This document shows positions 11,011-25,209 of a stretch of DNA of 64,000 bases, piece by piece. Under the pieces are notes generated by a model, which worked only from the letters and a program-made list of their open reading frames with translations, had not been told where the DNA came from and made no database searches. The stretch's first letter is position 1. Every line of letters starts with the position of its first letter. The stretch comes from Mobula hypostoma (Eukaryota). The position numbers were made by a program, and so were the translations under genes. The stretch spans positions 71,550,001 to 71,614,000 of the forward strand of contig NC_086097.1 in the NCBI RefSeq assembly GCF_963921235.1. Direction: 5' to 3'.

Positions 11011-14000
11011 CCTGATGCTAAATTCCTTAAAATTCAATAAAATTCGTAATCTGAATTGCAAAGTCTATGGCCATTACAAATAATAAGCGTTTAAATGGCG
11101 AATCTGGATATTGGGCTGAGTAGTATTGGTTTCAGGAGCGTGCATTTTAAAACATCCTACCCTTATATAATAATTTTTTTCATTTATTAAATATTAGTTA
11201 TGAACTTATTGGAATAGTTGCAAAAATAGCTGGCCATTTTGCAAACCTTTTAGTTTGTTCCAGCCGCAGAGTTGCAAACAAACACAGCTACAGACGCAAG
11301 ACTTTACAAAGTATTGATATTTACATTTTGTTCTGCTGGTTAAATTGGGGTCGGGGTCTTTCCTTCGACAGGGACACGACGTTAAGCGAAGTCAAGATGT
11401 TGGAGGCGAACTGCACAAACGGCTGGAAAGAAGAAAACAAAATCGCCTGACGTTGTGTGGGCTGAACTCCTGAACTAGGCGCCCGACTGGGGTCCTCGGA
11501 TTATATTTTCGCTATAAAACGTGCGAAATATTAAAGGCAGTTCGTATTCTACCCAGTTATTTGGCAGAATTAAAACAAAAGCACTTATTCTCTCACTGGT
11601 TTTCCATATCGAATGGTATTGCGGTTGGTATCGCTTTCCCGGAGAAAACTCTGCATTTTATTTAAATTCCTGAACGTAATGTTAAAGATCGATTCTAAGC
11701 AATGATGAGTATAATTATTAAAATAATATATTTGCTTTGAACCTTTTAGCTGCGTGGTAAATTGTGGTCTGGAAACATTTATTACATCTTACTGTATTAT
11801 ATATATATATTTAAAAAATAAAACCTTTAAAGAGAGTCTGAAAGGATACCAGAAACTTATGGCGAATTAAATATATAGAGCTTTTGTTACAGTATTTTAT
11901 AAATCAGCTAAAGGGTTTCACAATTTGAACACAGTGTGAATTTTTAACAATCTGAGGGCAAAAGGTCAACTGTAAATCTGTGCAAGGTCGTAAATTGCTC
12001 CCTACGTCGTGTATGTGTGGGTGCGCGCACGTATTCAAATAAAGCAAATTGTGAACTTATTTTCGCCGTATATATTTAAAGTCTAATCTGACCCCTGCTC
12101 GTTTTCTTATTCAGTGTAGCATGAAATGATTTAGCGTAACTGGATTCCTGGGAAAGGACAGGTTACATAAACATTTACTGATGTGGGGTAACTGTAGTTC
12201 TTGTACTATGATATGCAGGAAGGAAAGTGTTGATTAACACGAAAGAAACGAGATTAGCTGATTGCATGCTCATGCACAAGTCGTCATAGAATTGTTTCGA
12301 AAAAATAGACACAGCTGTTGTTTGCATTGAACCTCTGTTGTTGCTGTGATTTGGCAGTACTTAAATCAGCGTTTCTGTGTAACAATTTTGAAGCGTTTAC
12401 AAATGTGTATTCCACACTGATTTTGGAGCAATGAGGGAAGTGAGCACGTTGTGCTTGTTCTGATGTGTTACCGTATTTCAGTTTTGCTTGTTTGACATAG
12501 TTTAAGTTTCAAAAGTTTGCTCAAGTAAAAACGGGCATCATCTTTTGGGAAATCCGAACTGCTCCCGTTGTTACACATTTGGAAACGGCTGTAAACAGTT
12601 TTAATGGTTCAGAAGCTTGCATCAAATAAGCCTTCTTTATTTAAAAAATTATGGATAATTAAAATACTAAATAAAGCTATTCATTTAAATCCCACTGAAT
12701 AGGCCGAAATCACCACTTGGAAGGTTCCGGGAAAAATAACGGACCTTAAAGGGGAATATTAATCATTATCACCAAAGGCTATCACAAACGTTTGTAATGA
12801 AAGAAAACAAATACATATCAAGAGCTTTATAAGCATAATTATTACATTGAAATTCCCGCGCCTCCCCCCCCCCCCACCTTTGACTCTCAAATTAGAAAGG
12901 AAGGTTCAGCGCGGCATTTTTAATAAACAGTACATTTATGGAAACGTCTTTATTTTTAACCAGAATTGATTGTTTCTCTTACGAAGTTCGGGCGTTTCTG
13001 AAATAAAATTTATTTTAAATTAATGGTGATTTTTGTGTCTTCTGTGTGTCTTCTGCAGAATTTTACCTTTGACCTTCAATGAAAAGAAATATTGACATGG
13101 AAGCGGACTCCAGGGTATTTCATTTCCCTGTTGTGGTGGGAACGCGGAAACACGGCCGTTATTGGACATTCCAGTCTCCGCATGCACTTTTTGAAACACT
13201 GCATTGCTTTTTGGACGATATGTAATTAAAATGCTGGAGATTTGCCATTGCTAGTGTAATAAATGTTAATTTCGTTAATATGGCCAAATGCAGTTGGAAA
13301 GTCAATCCCAGGCTTTACAATCAAGATTTGTAATTATTGGGTTTACTGGCCTGACATGATCCGGAAATACAAGAATTTTGTATTTTGACCAAGAGCTGAC
13401 TCTCCTGGAGTAATTTCAGTCATGAATTATACACAACCCAGCTGAGGTATCCCGGTAGATTGTTGTAAAGGCGGTAATATCAAAATACCAAAGATTCAGA
13501 ATACTGTAGGTATTTGATTACTGCGGCTTAAATGTTGTGAGGGCTGTTCATTTTACAAGGGAAAAATACACATATTCACCATTCAAGCAAAAATATATTT
13601 GTGTAATTGAGGCCCATTAACTGTTGGTTATTTTATTAGCGAGTGATGGAACTGGACCTTTGATCGGGAGAGGTTTGAAGGAATTGGCGATTCATGTCTT
13701 ATCAGAGGAACTAAACCATGCACTTAACTGACTGTAGGCGCTAATAATTAGTGATTGAAAGTTTCTGTATTTAGCGTGCTTTATGTTTCTTGGGGGTTTT
13801 GTTACAGGTTATATTATTAGGTTTGCGAGAACAGTAGTTAACTAAACTTCCCAGTTAGTGGTCTTCGCACCAGGAAAGTGCTATTTGGTACAGCAGCCAT
13901 GCCTCGTCACTCATTAACTCCCTGTAGGTTGTCAGCGGCTGCTCAGCACAAAAAAAACAGCACCAAGCTAAATTAAGAGCCCGATGATTAAGATGAACGT

Positions 14001-14078
14001 TTACCGGTGCTGTCATTTGCAGCATCTTTCCATCATAACATTGTGTCACTGGGAAATACTCTTGAAAACTGCAGGGAA

Positions 14079-14080
<2 letters not shown>

Positions 14081-14125
<45 letters not shown>
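14081..14125. repeat. (CA)n microsatellite
   Basis: Perfect AC run. Confidence 0.97.
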
Positions 14126-14127
<2 letters not shown>

Positions 14128-17100
14128 GACAAAATCTTTGATTCGCATCTCCAACCCCCACCCCCATACCCTGCGCAAGCACATAGCAACTGTTAACACG
14201 ATCCAAAATCGCGGAAACGTGTTCGAATATAAAATTAAAATCGAGACAACGTTTCAGCAATTTTGGTTCAACAAAGGACTCGGCATTGGTTTCAATATCA
14301 GCGAAATGCAACAAATGTCTGAAACATTGTCTACATGGCAACATTGAGATCCATAAAATGTCAATGTTTCTTTATTTACAGGCAGTGATGTCACGTTCCG
14401 AGGTGCACAGGCCGAAATCGCACCACTACATCTAGTCGGTGACAAACGATCGCTGTGAGCCACCGAATTTACTTCGTATAGAAATTGCATCTCTAATTCC
14501 CAATAAACGCGCCTCAGCAGATTGAATCATTTATTGTGGGGGTGTTGAATAACTCCTAGTCGGAGCTTGTTACTCAGTATAATATATCACGCATTTGCAC
14601 TGCAGAAGGCCTTTGCACTGAAAAAAATATGTGAATGATAAAATAGAAAAACTTACTGCAATGTGCTGAATCTGGCGGAGTCAAACAAATAATATGGTTC
14701 TGACTCGGAAAATAAGTAACCTAGGTGAATAATAGTCATTAGGAGGGAGATATTTTTTCTAAGATTACACGGAAGGATCAAATATCAAAATGATTTACGA
14801 CTAATACTGCTAAAGGTTTTGAAATTTGCAACCGATTACGAATATATTGCAAGAATTACATTTTTTAAAACATTCCAATTATCAGTTAAATGTTAAGTGT
14901 TTCGAATAATCTGGAAATACGGGAAAAAATCTGGCAAAGAAGACGCATTTACTACCTTTTATATATATGGCATTTAGGAAACTCTAGGATTCCAACAATG
15001 CTGCCATACATTATGGCAATAATATGGTGGTATTTGATCACCTGAACATACTCAAATTGATTTCCACCGTTTGTCTGCACCCGTTTCATAATAAGGAGAA
15101 GTCTTAGATTTCCAATTTTTCGTTATCATGTCATTTTAATATGATAAGACAATGGCTGCGAAGACAAATCAGTGTTAAATTTGGCCCAAACTATAATTAA
15201 TAATATTATTCGACTCGTGCGTTTAGGTTGGTCTCAGAGTTAAATTGATTCGCTATATTGTGTATTGTTTTTCCTAATCCAACGTGAAATATAAAAGACT
15301 AACGAGATTTCTGTTTTTATCTTTTAGTAGGAAGTACAAATCTATGTATAAATTGATCCATGTTACGAAGTACTCAAATAAAGTTATTATGTGTCAAATA
15401 TTATGGTTATCTTTTGTTTTAATTTGGTCTAACGGGAACTCACTTCTACAATAAATACAGCATTACAATTAGCTGTTTCCTGTATGGACGGTATCGTAGG
15501 CACACAGACTGATGATGAGCCAGTGATCTTAAGCAGGCGCCGTGTTAACAACATGATTTCAAATATTGACTTTCGTCGCAATTGGTGTGACGCATCGGAT
15601 TTAAACGGGTAAAAATATCTTTGACGTTTCCCAACATGATGCAATTGGCTTCCACATTAGGAAAAAATCGCTAAGCCATGTAGTACAAAATCCCGATGTG
15701 ATCGTACGAAGTAGATAAGTAGGTTTATTCACACATTCCTATTTTAAATAAAACACTACAATCTTTTGAGGAGTAATCTGCAAAAATCGCCCCCAACAGA
15801 AACCGCTTGCATGGAAACCATGGCCAAAAGAAAAAGTTTAAATAAAATATTTATTACTCTACTATAGCTTAAAATGTTTCTCATCTATATTAAATGTTAC
15901 TTGCTTAACATCTTGTCTAGCACAATATTACATGTATTTTGAACGGCACTGGGATAGCACAAAGAAACTGGGTACAAAAATCAATCCTATGTATACAATA
16001 TTAACAAATGTTCTTACTTCAAATTCTGGTGAAACTTAATTGATACCACTGTTCGAAGTATCAGTTGCGAAATTCGATCTTTTACAAGGTGAAGGGGTAT
16101 GCTTTAATATTTTTGTAAGATTATGACTTCAGTATCTTGGCCGATCAAGTATGAAAATTAATCGTGATCACAAGGTTGCAGTTCTCGTCTCCCGCGGCTC
16201 TCTGTGTCCTATTGTAGCTGCTTATGAGTACTCAATAGTATCAGTCGGGAATGAGGCACAACCCGATTGCTCGAATAAAACGCTTTTCGGTGTTTAGCGT
16301 TGTAATATGAGTTATTGTCCCCGACAATAATGCTTCAGATAAAGAAACGAAATTCTGCAGTAATATTGGCATCGTCTTTGTTTAGTATTTTATTTATAAG
16401 TGATTTTGACGATTTTCACAATTGCCATTCGTTCGTATTGATGTAATTTTCACAAGACCAGTAGGAATAATTATCAATATTAAAGTGAATTCTATCAACA
16501 GTTCAACGACTGTCGGAGCGGCGGTGACAACGCTTTCTGTTGTATCTACCTATGGCAATTCTCAGCACATTTTCTAAATGAGCTGCTTGTCTCGACACGC
16601 TAAGGTTACAGTCTGTGCAGAGAGTACACAACATAAACAAAGCGCCGCAACTAACTACGGATTACTGCCGCTATTGCTTTACGCCAAAACAGTCCATCCC
16701 ACAAATGGTACAATAGGCAATGTCGCATCATTTTCAACAACTTCGTATCCTTTATTATTCCCAAGTGCCATGTAAACGTTTGTGCTCCCGTAATCTATGA
16801 ATCAACCTCATCGTGCATCATCGGCGGTGTCATTTAGGATGAAAAACTAGGATTCTATGAAACATTGTGCCTGCGTGCTTACATTATGATTCGATATGCT
16901 AGAAGACCAAACTTATATTTGTCCTGGAACTATTTACAGCGATTTGGAGTTTTTTTTTATACCAATAACGAAATTTCAATGTTGATCATCTATCGTGGTG
17001 CAATTAGGTAATAGTTTAACATTATACCGGCAACCAAAACCGCGAAATTGAGGTTTAGAGTGAAAAAATAGGGCGCTATGCAGTAATAATTGCTAAACTA

Positions 17101-18019
17101 TCTCTTCTTGACAATATTTGGCGTTGACTGAGATTGTTGTAAGTGTTGTGTAAAATTTTAGCAAAACAGTGTTGATTTTAGCACAGCTCTCCAAGATTCC
17201 ACGAAGGAAACAAAGAGTATTTAATTAGTCGCAAAGTCAGGTTCAATAGGATGCGGTACAGCTTCAAATCCAGCTCGCAAACAATACAGGTACGCCATCT
17301 AGTGGAATCCTTCACGTTTATTCGCCGCAAATTGGAGTTTCCACTGGTTGGCGTTTCAACTCTAATGTATTGTATATGAGATAAACACCAAATACCGCTA
17401 ATATGTAATAACATTCACTTTGATGCTTCATAAATATTTACAGTTTGCAAAAGTAGACGGTGTATATGAAACAAAAATATTTAAACAGTCGTATTGAAAT
17501 TTGTGATGAGCCAGTTCATTACTTAGCAACCACAGCATGAAAATTGTTCATTAAAGCCCACGGAAAATAAATCGTTTCCAGAATCAGCGGGAAAGCATAG
17601 AATATGCCAATACAGCTCCTTTCGCCTTCAGTAACCCAGAAAAACTCCAGTGTTGATTGGTAAATAATGGCAAATAAACGTTTGTTGGAGGATTGATACT
17701 CGCTTTTATATCGCCATGCATGTAAAGATGCAAAGTGTCGCACAGTTGTTTCATTTTTAATTTCTATTTCACTAAGAAAACACACAAGACAGTTAAAACG
17801 CTGAAAGAGGAGCAGGGAAGAGTAAATAACCATGATTATCACTTTGATGCCATTAACGGTGGAGACGGCGCTGATCACTAACGAGTAAATCACTAGTGCA
17901 TATTGATTGATCACGTTCTCTGAAGAGCAGTTATTAAGGCTTTAAGAAAGGCGGAACCACGTTCCCCAATACTTTGCTCCCTCAGTCCTTATTCGGGATA
18001 TTAGACAACGGTCGGCGTA

Positions 18020-18500
18020 TTTGTCCTATGAAGGGGTCACGGCACAGGATCGGAAGAAGCTGCAGAAAGATGTAAACTCAGCAAGCTCCATCATGGGCAC
18101 CAGCCTCCCCAGCATCGAGGATACTTTCAAAATGCAATACCCCCCAAATAAGCGGTATCCATCATTAGGGAACACCCCCCCCCCCAACCATTTCCCAGGA
18201 CATGCCCTCTTCTCATTACTACCATCAGGGAGCAGTGGGTACAGGAGAGTGAAGACACACTCAACGTTTCAGAGACAGCTTCTTCCCCTCCGCCATCAGA
18301 TTTATGAATGGACAGTAAACCCATGAATACTACCTCGCACGACTGCTCTCTTTATGCATTACTTACTTAATTTATATATATATATTTCTTTTAGTAATTG
18401 ATAGTTTAAAAAAATCATTATGCATTGCAAAGTACTGGTGCTGCAAAACGAATTCAGCACAAATGCCAATGACTTTAAACCTGATTTTGATTCTGAATCT
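18020..18500 (+). mobile_element. Rex1/Babar-type LINE, 3' fragment
   Basis: Similar to 39660-39950 (GCACAGGATCGGAAGAAGCTGCAG ... CTACCATCAGG ... CAGCTTCTTCCCCTC) and ends in a TAAACCTGATTTTGATTCTGA tail like 40175-40195. Confidence 0.7.
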
Positions 18501-21500
18501 AAATGTATCTTTCTGCCTTACATTATATTCAATTTCGTTCTCACGCTGATATTCTTGTCCAGTTAATAGTCGGCACTACCTTCTACATCAGTGATTTAAA
18601 ACCAATCAGGTACATATAGCCAGTAAGGAGACCTGCACTGAGAATTGTGGCCCGATATGTGCGGTACCTCAGATAATCTGAACAAGCTGGGCAGCGCTAG
18701 AATCGAAATTCTATTTTAAGAAAAATGATGAGCTTCGTAAATCATTAAATTAATTGAAAATAAAGTTTTAAATATTTGGAGCCAAATTCCCTAAAGCACT
18801 GCGAAGGAGGCACTGCGCTGTGTAATACGTGCAACTTGTTGAGACGCGGCGCTTTCATGAACAGCGCTGTTCCTTCCAATTTTTTTTACACTTTTGTGTC
18901 GAGTAATAGGTTGCAGGGTGCTCTTACCCTCACCCAACCATCCTGGTTCTACATTCGTGTCTTGTGCGCCTCGGCAAAATTAGACAGGGTTCTTCCACCT
19001 GACCGTTGTATTAGTAAACCAAGTTGGTGTGAATATTGGATTGGGAGTTGATTTGACAAGGTGGAGATCACTCCCGAGAGAGTTCGCTCGCCAACGTGTT
19101 GGGTTCCTAAGGCGAATAATTATTGTTGGGTATTCGTAGTCTCTGGGTACTGTGGGACTGAAAGGCAAAGCTGATGGTGGGGGTGGCGGGTGGTGGTAAA
19201 CGAGAACAATAAAAACCCCATTGGTGGCAAGTAGCAGTCGATTTGTTTGTTCTCTAAATACATGTATGTATTGAATTTAGCTTTGCGGTCTCATTTCCAT
19301 TTGTTCTACATCTTCTCCCGCTTTACAGTGTTTCTTGCAGTGGGGCGGATCGATAAGATTAAGTGCTTAACTGCGCGTTGCTTGAACCATGAGGTCCATT
19401 TTCTCATCTCTTTATAAAGTTGGAGCTGGGGTCGGGCAATGGCGGAACATCAGTCCCAGTCAAAGGGTTGTCATCCGACCTCAATTTCACTGCTTCCTCT
19501 CACTGGATACACTTGGTGGAATTGATGTCATTGCATTACTCATAACTCTCAACACTGGAGTCTGGCTTCTACCCGAACGCTTGCCACCCAACCCCCACCA
19601 AGATATCAAACCAAATGCGAAATGAATCGCTCCCCCTCAACCCCCACCCTCCAAACTCTACTGTATGTTCGGAAGCACTGAGAACTCGCGAGCAGGTTTA
19701 AAGTTGTAATTTTATAGTGGCCCGTGGCCGGATCTGTCAGCTGTAACATGAACATCGTCGGAATGAAATTACAATCTTGGGATTTTGTAAGCATTTGTTT
19801 CAGGAAAGCCAGTAGTTCGAGGCAAACAACACGCTCCCGTCTGTGTGATAACAAGATGGAGCGGTTTCCCTGGATTTTCTTTGGCTGAAAAAAGAAAATG
19901 AACCAGACTCCGTTCATTTTCAGTTGGAAACCTCTCCAACTGCAATAAGTAGATTACACTATGGGGGTTGATGTGTTATTAATTTAGTTTCCACTCCTAA
20001 GGTTGATGGGAGCTCAGTTCAGACTTTCTCGTTAGCGCAGTGGAAACAAATGAACACTAAGTAAGCTAGTTTCTGGATCCGACGGCTGCCAACTGTAAAA
20101 TTCCTGCATCTGCTCAGTAAACTCACAACTGACCTGAATTTCCCGTTGATGAACTAGGGCACACCTTTAAATCAAAATAATAACACAATCTCCGATCCGT
20201 GCCGCGCAATCCTTGCACTTGCGGCTCTTTACGTGTCGAACTTCTTTTTGTTTGTGTTGCGTACTGTGTGAGAGAGAAGCGGATCAGCTCGACACCGAAT
20301 GTAACAATTCTCATTTGACGAACGAGCGACTCCTTTACAAGTTCATTCAACTGGGCTTCTGAATTAGCGATATAGTTACTTAATTTGGCTCAGCGTTTTG
20401 TTTTGAACGCTTTATTGCGGATTAGGAATACTTTGGGGAAATATGGATTAAGTACTATTTGTGACCCCCCCTTCACTGAGGCTTTGAATCCACGCGCAGC
20501 CATGGCCCGCGAAGAAGCGCCATCAAACCTACTGACGACCATTTGGTTTACTAGATAAATGAGCCGTGAAAACATGTATTTCGCAAGATCTTTCTCCTTG
20601 GTTAGATATCCATTTCAGGAATATTTCGTCCATCATTGAATTGGACAGCAGTGTTTTGGAGCGGGGATGACTCGGCGCCCTGATCCCTCCCAGACGGTCT
20701 TTCAGTTTGCTATATCTCACCAGTCAGCAAGTGAACAAGCTTCTGGCAAGCCCTATTTGTAATGGGGTTGCAAATACACCAAGCCTTCCCAGTATAATAA
20801 TAATCTTCTCGAGATTCCTCCCCCGCCCCCAATGCATATACTTAAATGTATTTGCTTCCGGCAAGAGATTGTGAATAAATTCAACAGCCGAGAGCCTGCC
20901 GCATTAACACCGTCATTACAAAACAATATTGTTGCTATATTTTGCAACAATAGCAACAATGGGCATCCGAAATATGTCAGCATGGCCTATTTTTCAAAAT
21001 GGTGATACGTTTTGTTTAGATACCAGGCCTGCCTGATATAGTTGATAGTCGAGCAATGAACTTTATTTTAACTTGTACTTTACAACTCCCAAAGTGCATT
21101 GCGCAAAGCATTCCAAGACTGGAAACCGCAAGAAGTATCCACGTAATGCGGTTTTAAGGATAGTTTTCTGATATCATATAACATAAATTATAATATTAAA
21201 GAAAATATAGAATCAAATGGTTCAAAGTGTTAGATCGTAAACGCGCTTGATTTGTGTTCTTGGGAAATTCGAGACTTCACCGCTCGTCATTCGCTTGCGG
21301 GAAAGACCTTGCTCTCAGTAACAATCTAGATAGGATGAGGTTTGCAGTTTGCTGCTTTGGAATGTGAAGTATTTCTCACTGTGAAGGGTAGGACACCCAC
21401 ATTCAGGTTGAGATTTAAACATTGTCGATCACACTTTCGGGAGACCAAGAGTAGGGGAAGTGTTTTAAACTAAATAGAAATAGCAGGTAAGTCCGTATTT

Positions 21501-22620
21501 TTAAACGGGATAATTTTCGACATGCTTTGCGGCTTCTCGGTTTTAAACACAACGCTTCGATTTTGTGATGATTGTTAAGCGGAAGCCTTTGTTCCGCGCC
21601 ACTTTAGTGTCACCAAGTGGTAGATGGTGTCTTCGCTCAGTCATTGCAAGCAATGCGGCCAGCTTCACCAGAGATAAAATCGCAGACTTCAGGCATCAAG
21701 TTTATAACGTCGACGATAGAAAAAAGGGACAGACAGCCCAACATATTACGTGAAACCTAGCGATTAAAAAATACAAGCGGCTGGAAAAAATATAATTTAT
21801 TTTTTTCTAAGAAAAGTTAAAAGCATCTCACTATTCTTATGTTGTTATCTCCGACCCTGTCAACGTCTCCGTTCTTCACAAAGTCCACAACTAAGGGAAG
21901 TACTCTGACCTTCCATTATATATCTGACTTTTACCCAATTACTTAAAATCTTACTTTTGATGTTTCAATGGAAAAATTCTGTTCGTTTCAATTTAAATTT
22001 CACCGTTGCACCTTTACAAGAATTCTATTTGTACAATTTTATCCTATATATATAAAAAACCTTTGTGAAAATCTGCTTGTGTGTTCAGTCAGTCATCGAG
22101 TTCGTTCCCAGACGAGCACCTGTCACACAAAGAAGTAAAACTCTTCAGTCTTGACGAACGAAAGTGTCGGCAGTCTTGACATTCTGGGCTACGACACCTC
22201 CCGGGTACGTTTCCAGTCTTCAGTTACAAATGTAATTACACAGCGCACTTCCGTGTACATCTGAGGCATTATCGAGCAGTAGCGGCCCGAAAGCTCACGC
22301 CGATGTGACAGGCAGAACAACTCCAACCTGGCGCAGAACTTGTTTCGAAAGCTGTCAAATTTACAATTCACTCTCCTGTCGTTATCAGGTCAGAGAAAAC
22401 CAACAACTCCACCCCTTATCAGAGATGGTAACAATAATCATTCAAATACTAGAACAAATCATAATGTTTGGGTGAACCTCAATATAAATTGTTCTATACG
22501 AGTTCGCACAACCCTCGTTGTCCACTGCACTCTTTTCATATAGATATATAAAAAAAGGATAGAATCTCTCTCCTGCTCTACATACACACAAACAACACAA
22601 ACACACAGACAGACTCCCCT

Positions 22621-22621
<1 letters not shown>

Positions 22622-22669
<48 letters not shown>
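22622..22669. repeat. (CA)n microsatellite
   Basis: Perfect CA run. Confidence 0.97.
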
Positions 22670-22672
<3 letters not shown>

Positions 22673-23334
22673 TAGTGACATTGAAGCAATCTTCCCCACA
22701 CAACAATCTACACACAGAAGCTGTACGGGTCAGCTCTGCCAAACTTAACAGAATCTTGTCCAATCTAAGAGCGGTTTGACATGCGCAGAGTTGCAATGGC
22801 TGTTGCTGGGTTTTACACTTCACACACGTTTTTTTTGTCTCTGGTCGTTAGCTGTTTGTAGTGGAAGCCTTGTCAAAAGTTTACCCCCTCTCAGCCTACA
22901 GCCCTGTGGCGTTTTCACGAAACGCCTGAGACTGGCAGAAGAGAACAGGGCTCCACGCATGGCCGAAACATGCCTGCCGATACTCCTCTGTCATCGAGTT
23001 CCAATAATCTGTCGCCAAGTCTTACTCGTTTTCCGAGATTGAAATCTGCAGTGCGAACTAGAAGACAGGCTTTATTGGTCAGAGTTTAACCAGCCACTGT
23101 TCCCAGAAACAACGTTTGCAAGTATTGCCGTGCAATTCATATGGAATACTGTATTAACACAACTTGTGATTTCTTAATATTTATGAATTTTGATGTTGAT
23201 ACTGAAACCGATTGAAATATCGCCTTTGTGATAAACTTAGGAATCTAACCACTACTCAGTTCATGTTTTGTACGAGAGGACTCATGAGCCTTGAACATTA
23301 TGGGACAATAAATGGTCCTGGCAGAACAAGTTAT

Positions 23335-23950
23335 AAACACGACAATTTCAGCAGATGCTGTACATCTAGGCCAACACACGCAACATGCGAGAGGAACTCA
23401 GCATCTTTTGAAAGGAATGAACAGTCGACGTTTCGGGCCAAGACTCTTCCTACGAAGTAGACAGAATAAAAAGGTTGCGGGGGGGGGGTGTGGGAGGGGG
23501 AGGAGAAGCTGGCATATGATAGGTGAGACAAGGTGAGAGAGAAGGTGGGTGGGTGGGAGGCGGAATGAAGTAAGAAGCTGGGAGGGGATAGGTGAAAAAG
23601 GTAAAGAGCTGAAGAAGATGCAGTCTGATAGGAGAAGACGGTGGGCCATGGAAGAAGGGGAAGGTGGAGGGGAACCAGAGGGAGGTAATGGGCAGGTGAG
23701 AAAAAGAGAGTGGATGTGAGGATCACCAGAATGAGGAATGGGAAAAGAGAGGAGAGAATAGGAAGAAATACCAGAAGTTAGGGAAATTGATGTGCATGCC
23801 ATTGGGTTGGAGGCCACTCAGACGGAATATGAGGTGTCACTCATCCAATCTAAGTATGGCCTCATCATGGCATTAGAAGAGGCCATGCAGGGACGTGTCA
23901 GGATGAGATTGGAAGTAAAATTGAAATGGGTAGCCGCCGGGAGATCCTGT
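23335..23950 (-). mobile_element. Decayed Penelope-like element 3' fragment (GIY-YIG C-terminus, pyrimidine-rich UTR, terminus)
   Basis: Reverse strand of about 23770-23855 reads LRLDE*HLIFRLSGLQPNGMHINFPNF, matching LRLEEQHLIFRLGSVQPDGMNIDLSNF at the end of ORF 33795-34883. It retains GGCCCGAAACGTCGACTG, but the CTGANGA core is lost. Confidence 0.8.
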
Positions 23951-24012
23951 CTTTATATTACTGGCCACACCATGAATACAACCAACCTGGGCAAGCATCA
24001 TATGTAAAATGA

Positions 24013-24014
<2 letters not shown>

Positions 24015-24067
<53 letters not shown>

Positions 24068-24223
24068 ACACACACAAACACACACACACACACACACACA
24101 CATACACATACACACACACACACACATACATAGACACACACACACACACACATATACACATACACACACACACACACACAGACACACACATACACACACA
24201 TACACACATACACACACAGACAC

Positions 24224-24278
<55 letters not shown>

Positions 24279-24312
24279 CACACGCACACACACGCACACA
24301 TACACACACACA

Positions 24313-24360
<48 letters not shown>
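24015..24360. repeat. Long imperfect (CA)n microsatellite (~345 bp)
   Basis: CA run interrupted by TA/GA/AA/CG units; the source of the spurious VCVC/THTH ORFs. Confidence 0.97.
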
Positions 24361-24363
<3 letters not shown>

Positions 24364-25209
24364 CTTCTCTGATGAGTCTCACCAAAGCTGACCAATGACC
24401 ATATCTAAGCTGTGGTATCGCTGATTTCAAAATAAAAACCATGCCTCCAACATCTAGAGCATCAACAATCTGCACCTTATTTCCACCATAGCTTCCATAG
24501 AACTGGAACTAACAGGAAGCTGCTCAACCTAAACTGACAATATTCTAGAAGCAAGGTCACTCGAACTTCAATGGTTGTGATGAAGTATATGAGTGACATT
24601 TCCATTTGCAGGCACTTGGAGGGCGAAGTGCAAGCCATTGCTGGTCTTATTCACTGAAACACACGACAAAACAAGCCCTACAAAGATCATTTGCAAGATA
24701 AATGACACCTGCCAACCTGCACCCAGAGTACAACACTGCCCATTTACTATAAAGCTTCACTGTGAAATCCTGGAGAATGACTCCTTCCCTTGACAGTTCT
24801 CTGAGTAATGGCAGACATCAAAGGTAAAATTCGCCACCATATCCAAAACGGCAGTGCAGCCTTTGGTCGATTGACAGAAAGGATAAAACCTCAAAAGTTG
24901 CACAGAGTTCATGGACTATCAAACTTCAGTGATCCTAGAACTTCTAAAGGCTTCTGAGACTTAGATTACCTATTACAGGTGCCCCAGACACAGGAAAGGT
25001 ACAACCACTGCTTTTCCTCAAAGTTCTGAAGGTTCACTGAAAGGATAAGAGAAGCAATGTCAGTACCGTCTCCCAGGCCAACATCTCCAACCCTAATTAT
25101 ACTCACTTGGCTCCTCAGAGCAGGCCATGTCATTTGCATGCCTGATATCAGCTACCTAAAACCAATATTGTTCCCTTTCTTTGTCATGGGAAAATCTTTT
25201 TAATTTTGG

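Noticed and set aside
8825..11061. Antisense and overlapping ORFs around FOXG1 (e.g. 9474-9923, 9984-10433, 10585-11061)
   Set aside because: Expected by-products of GC-rich or coding DNA; no recognisable domains.
13030..21492. Strong plus-strand splice acceptor (AG at 13057-13058) and donor (CAG/GTAAGT at 21484-21492) as exons of a divergent lncRNA
   Set aside because: Isolated splice-like motifs occur by chance; no exon structure can be supported without RNA data.
23420..23462. Additional hammerhead copies (also ~7040, ~37475, ~38520, ~49480, ~51425)
   Set aside because: The CTGANGA core, GAAA or GTC triplet is mutated or truncated; not called as ribozymes.
23873..24475. Cys/Val- and Thr/His-repeat ORFs (also ~13.9-14.3 kb and 22.4-22.8 kb)
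   Set aside because: Translations of (CA)n microsatellites.
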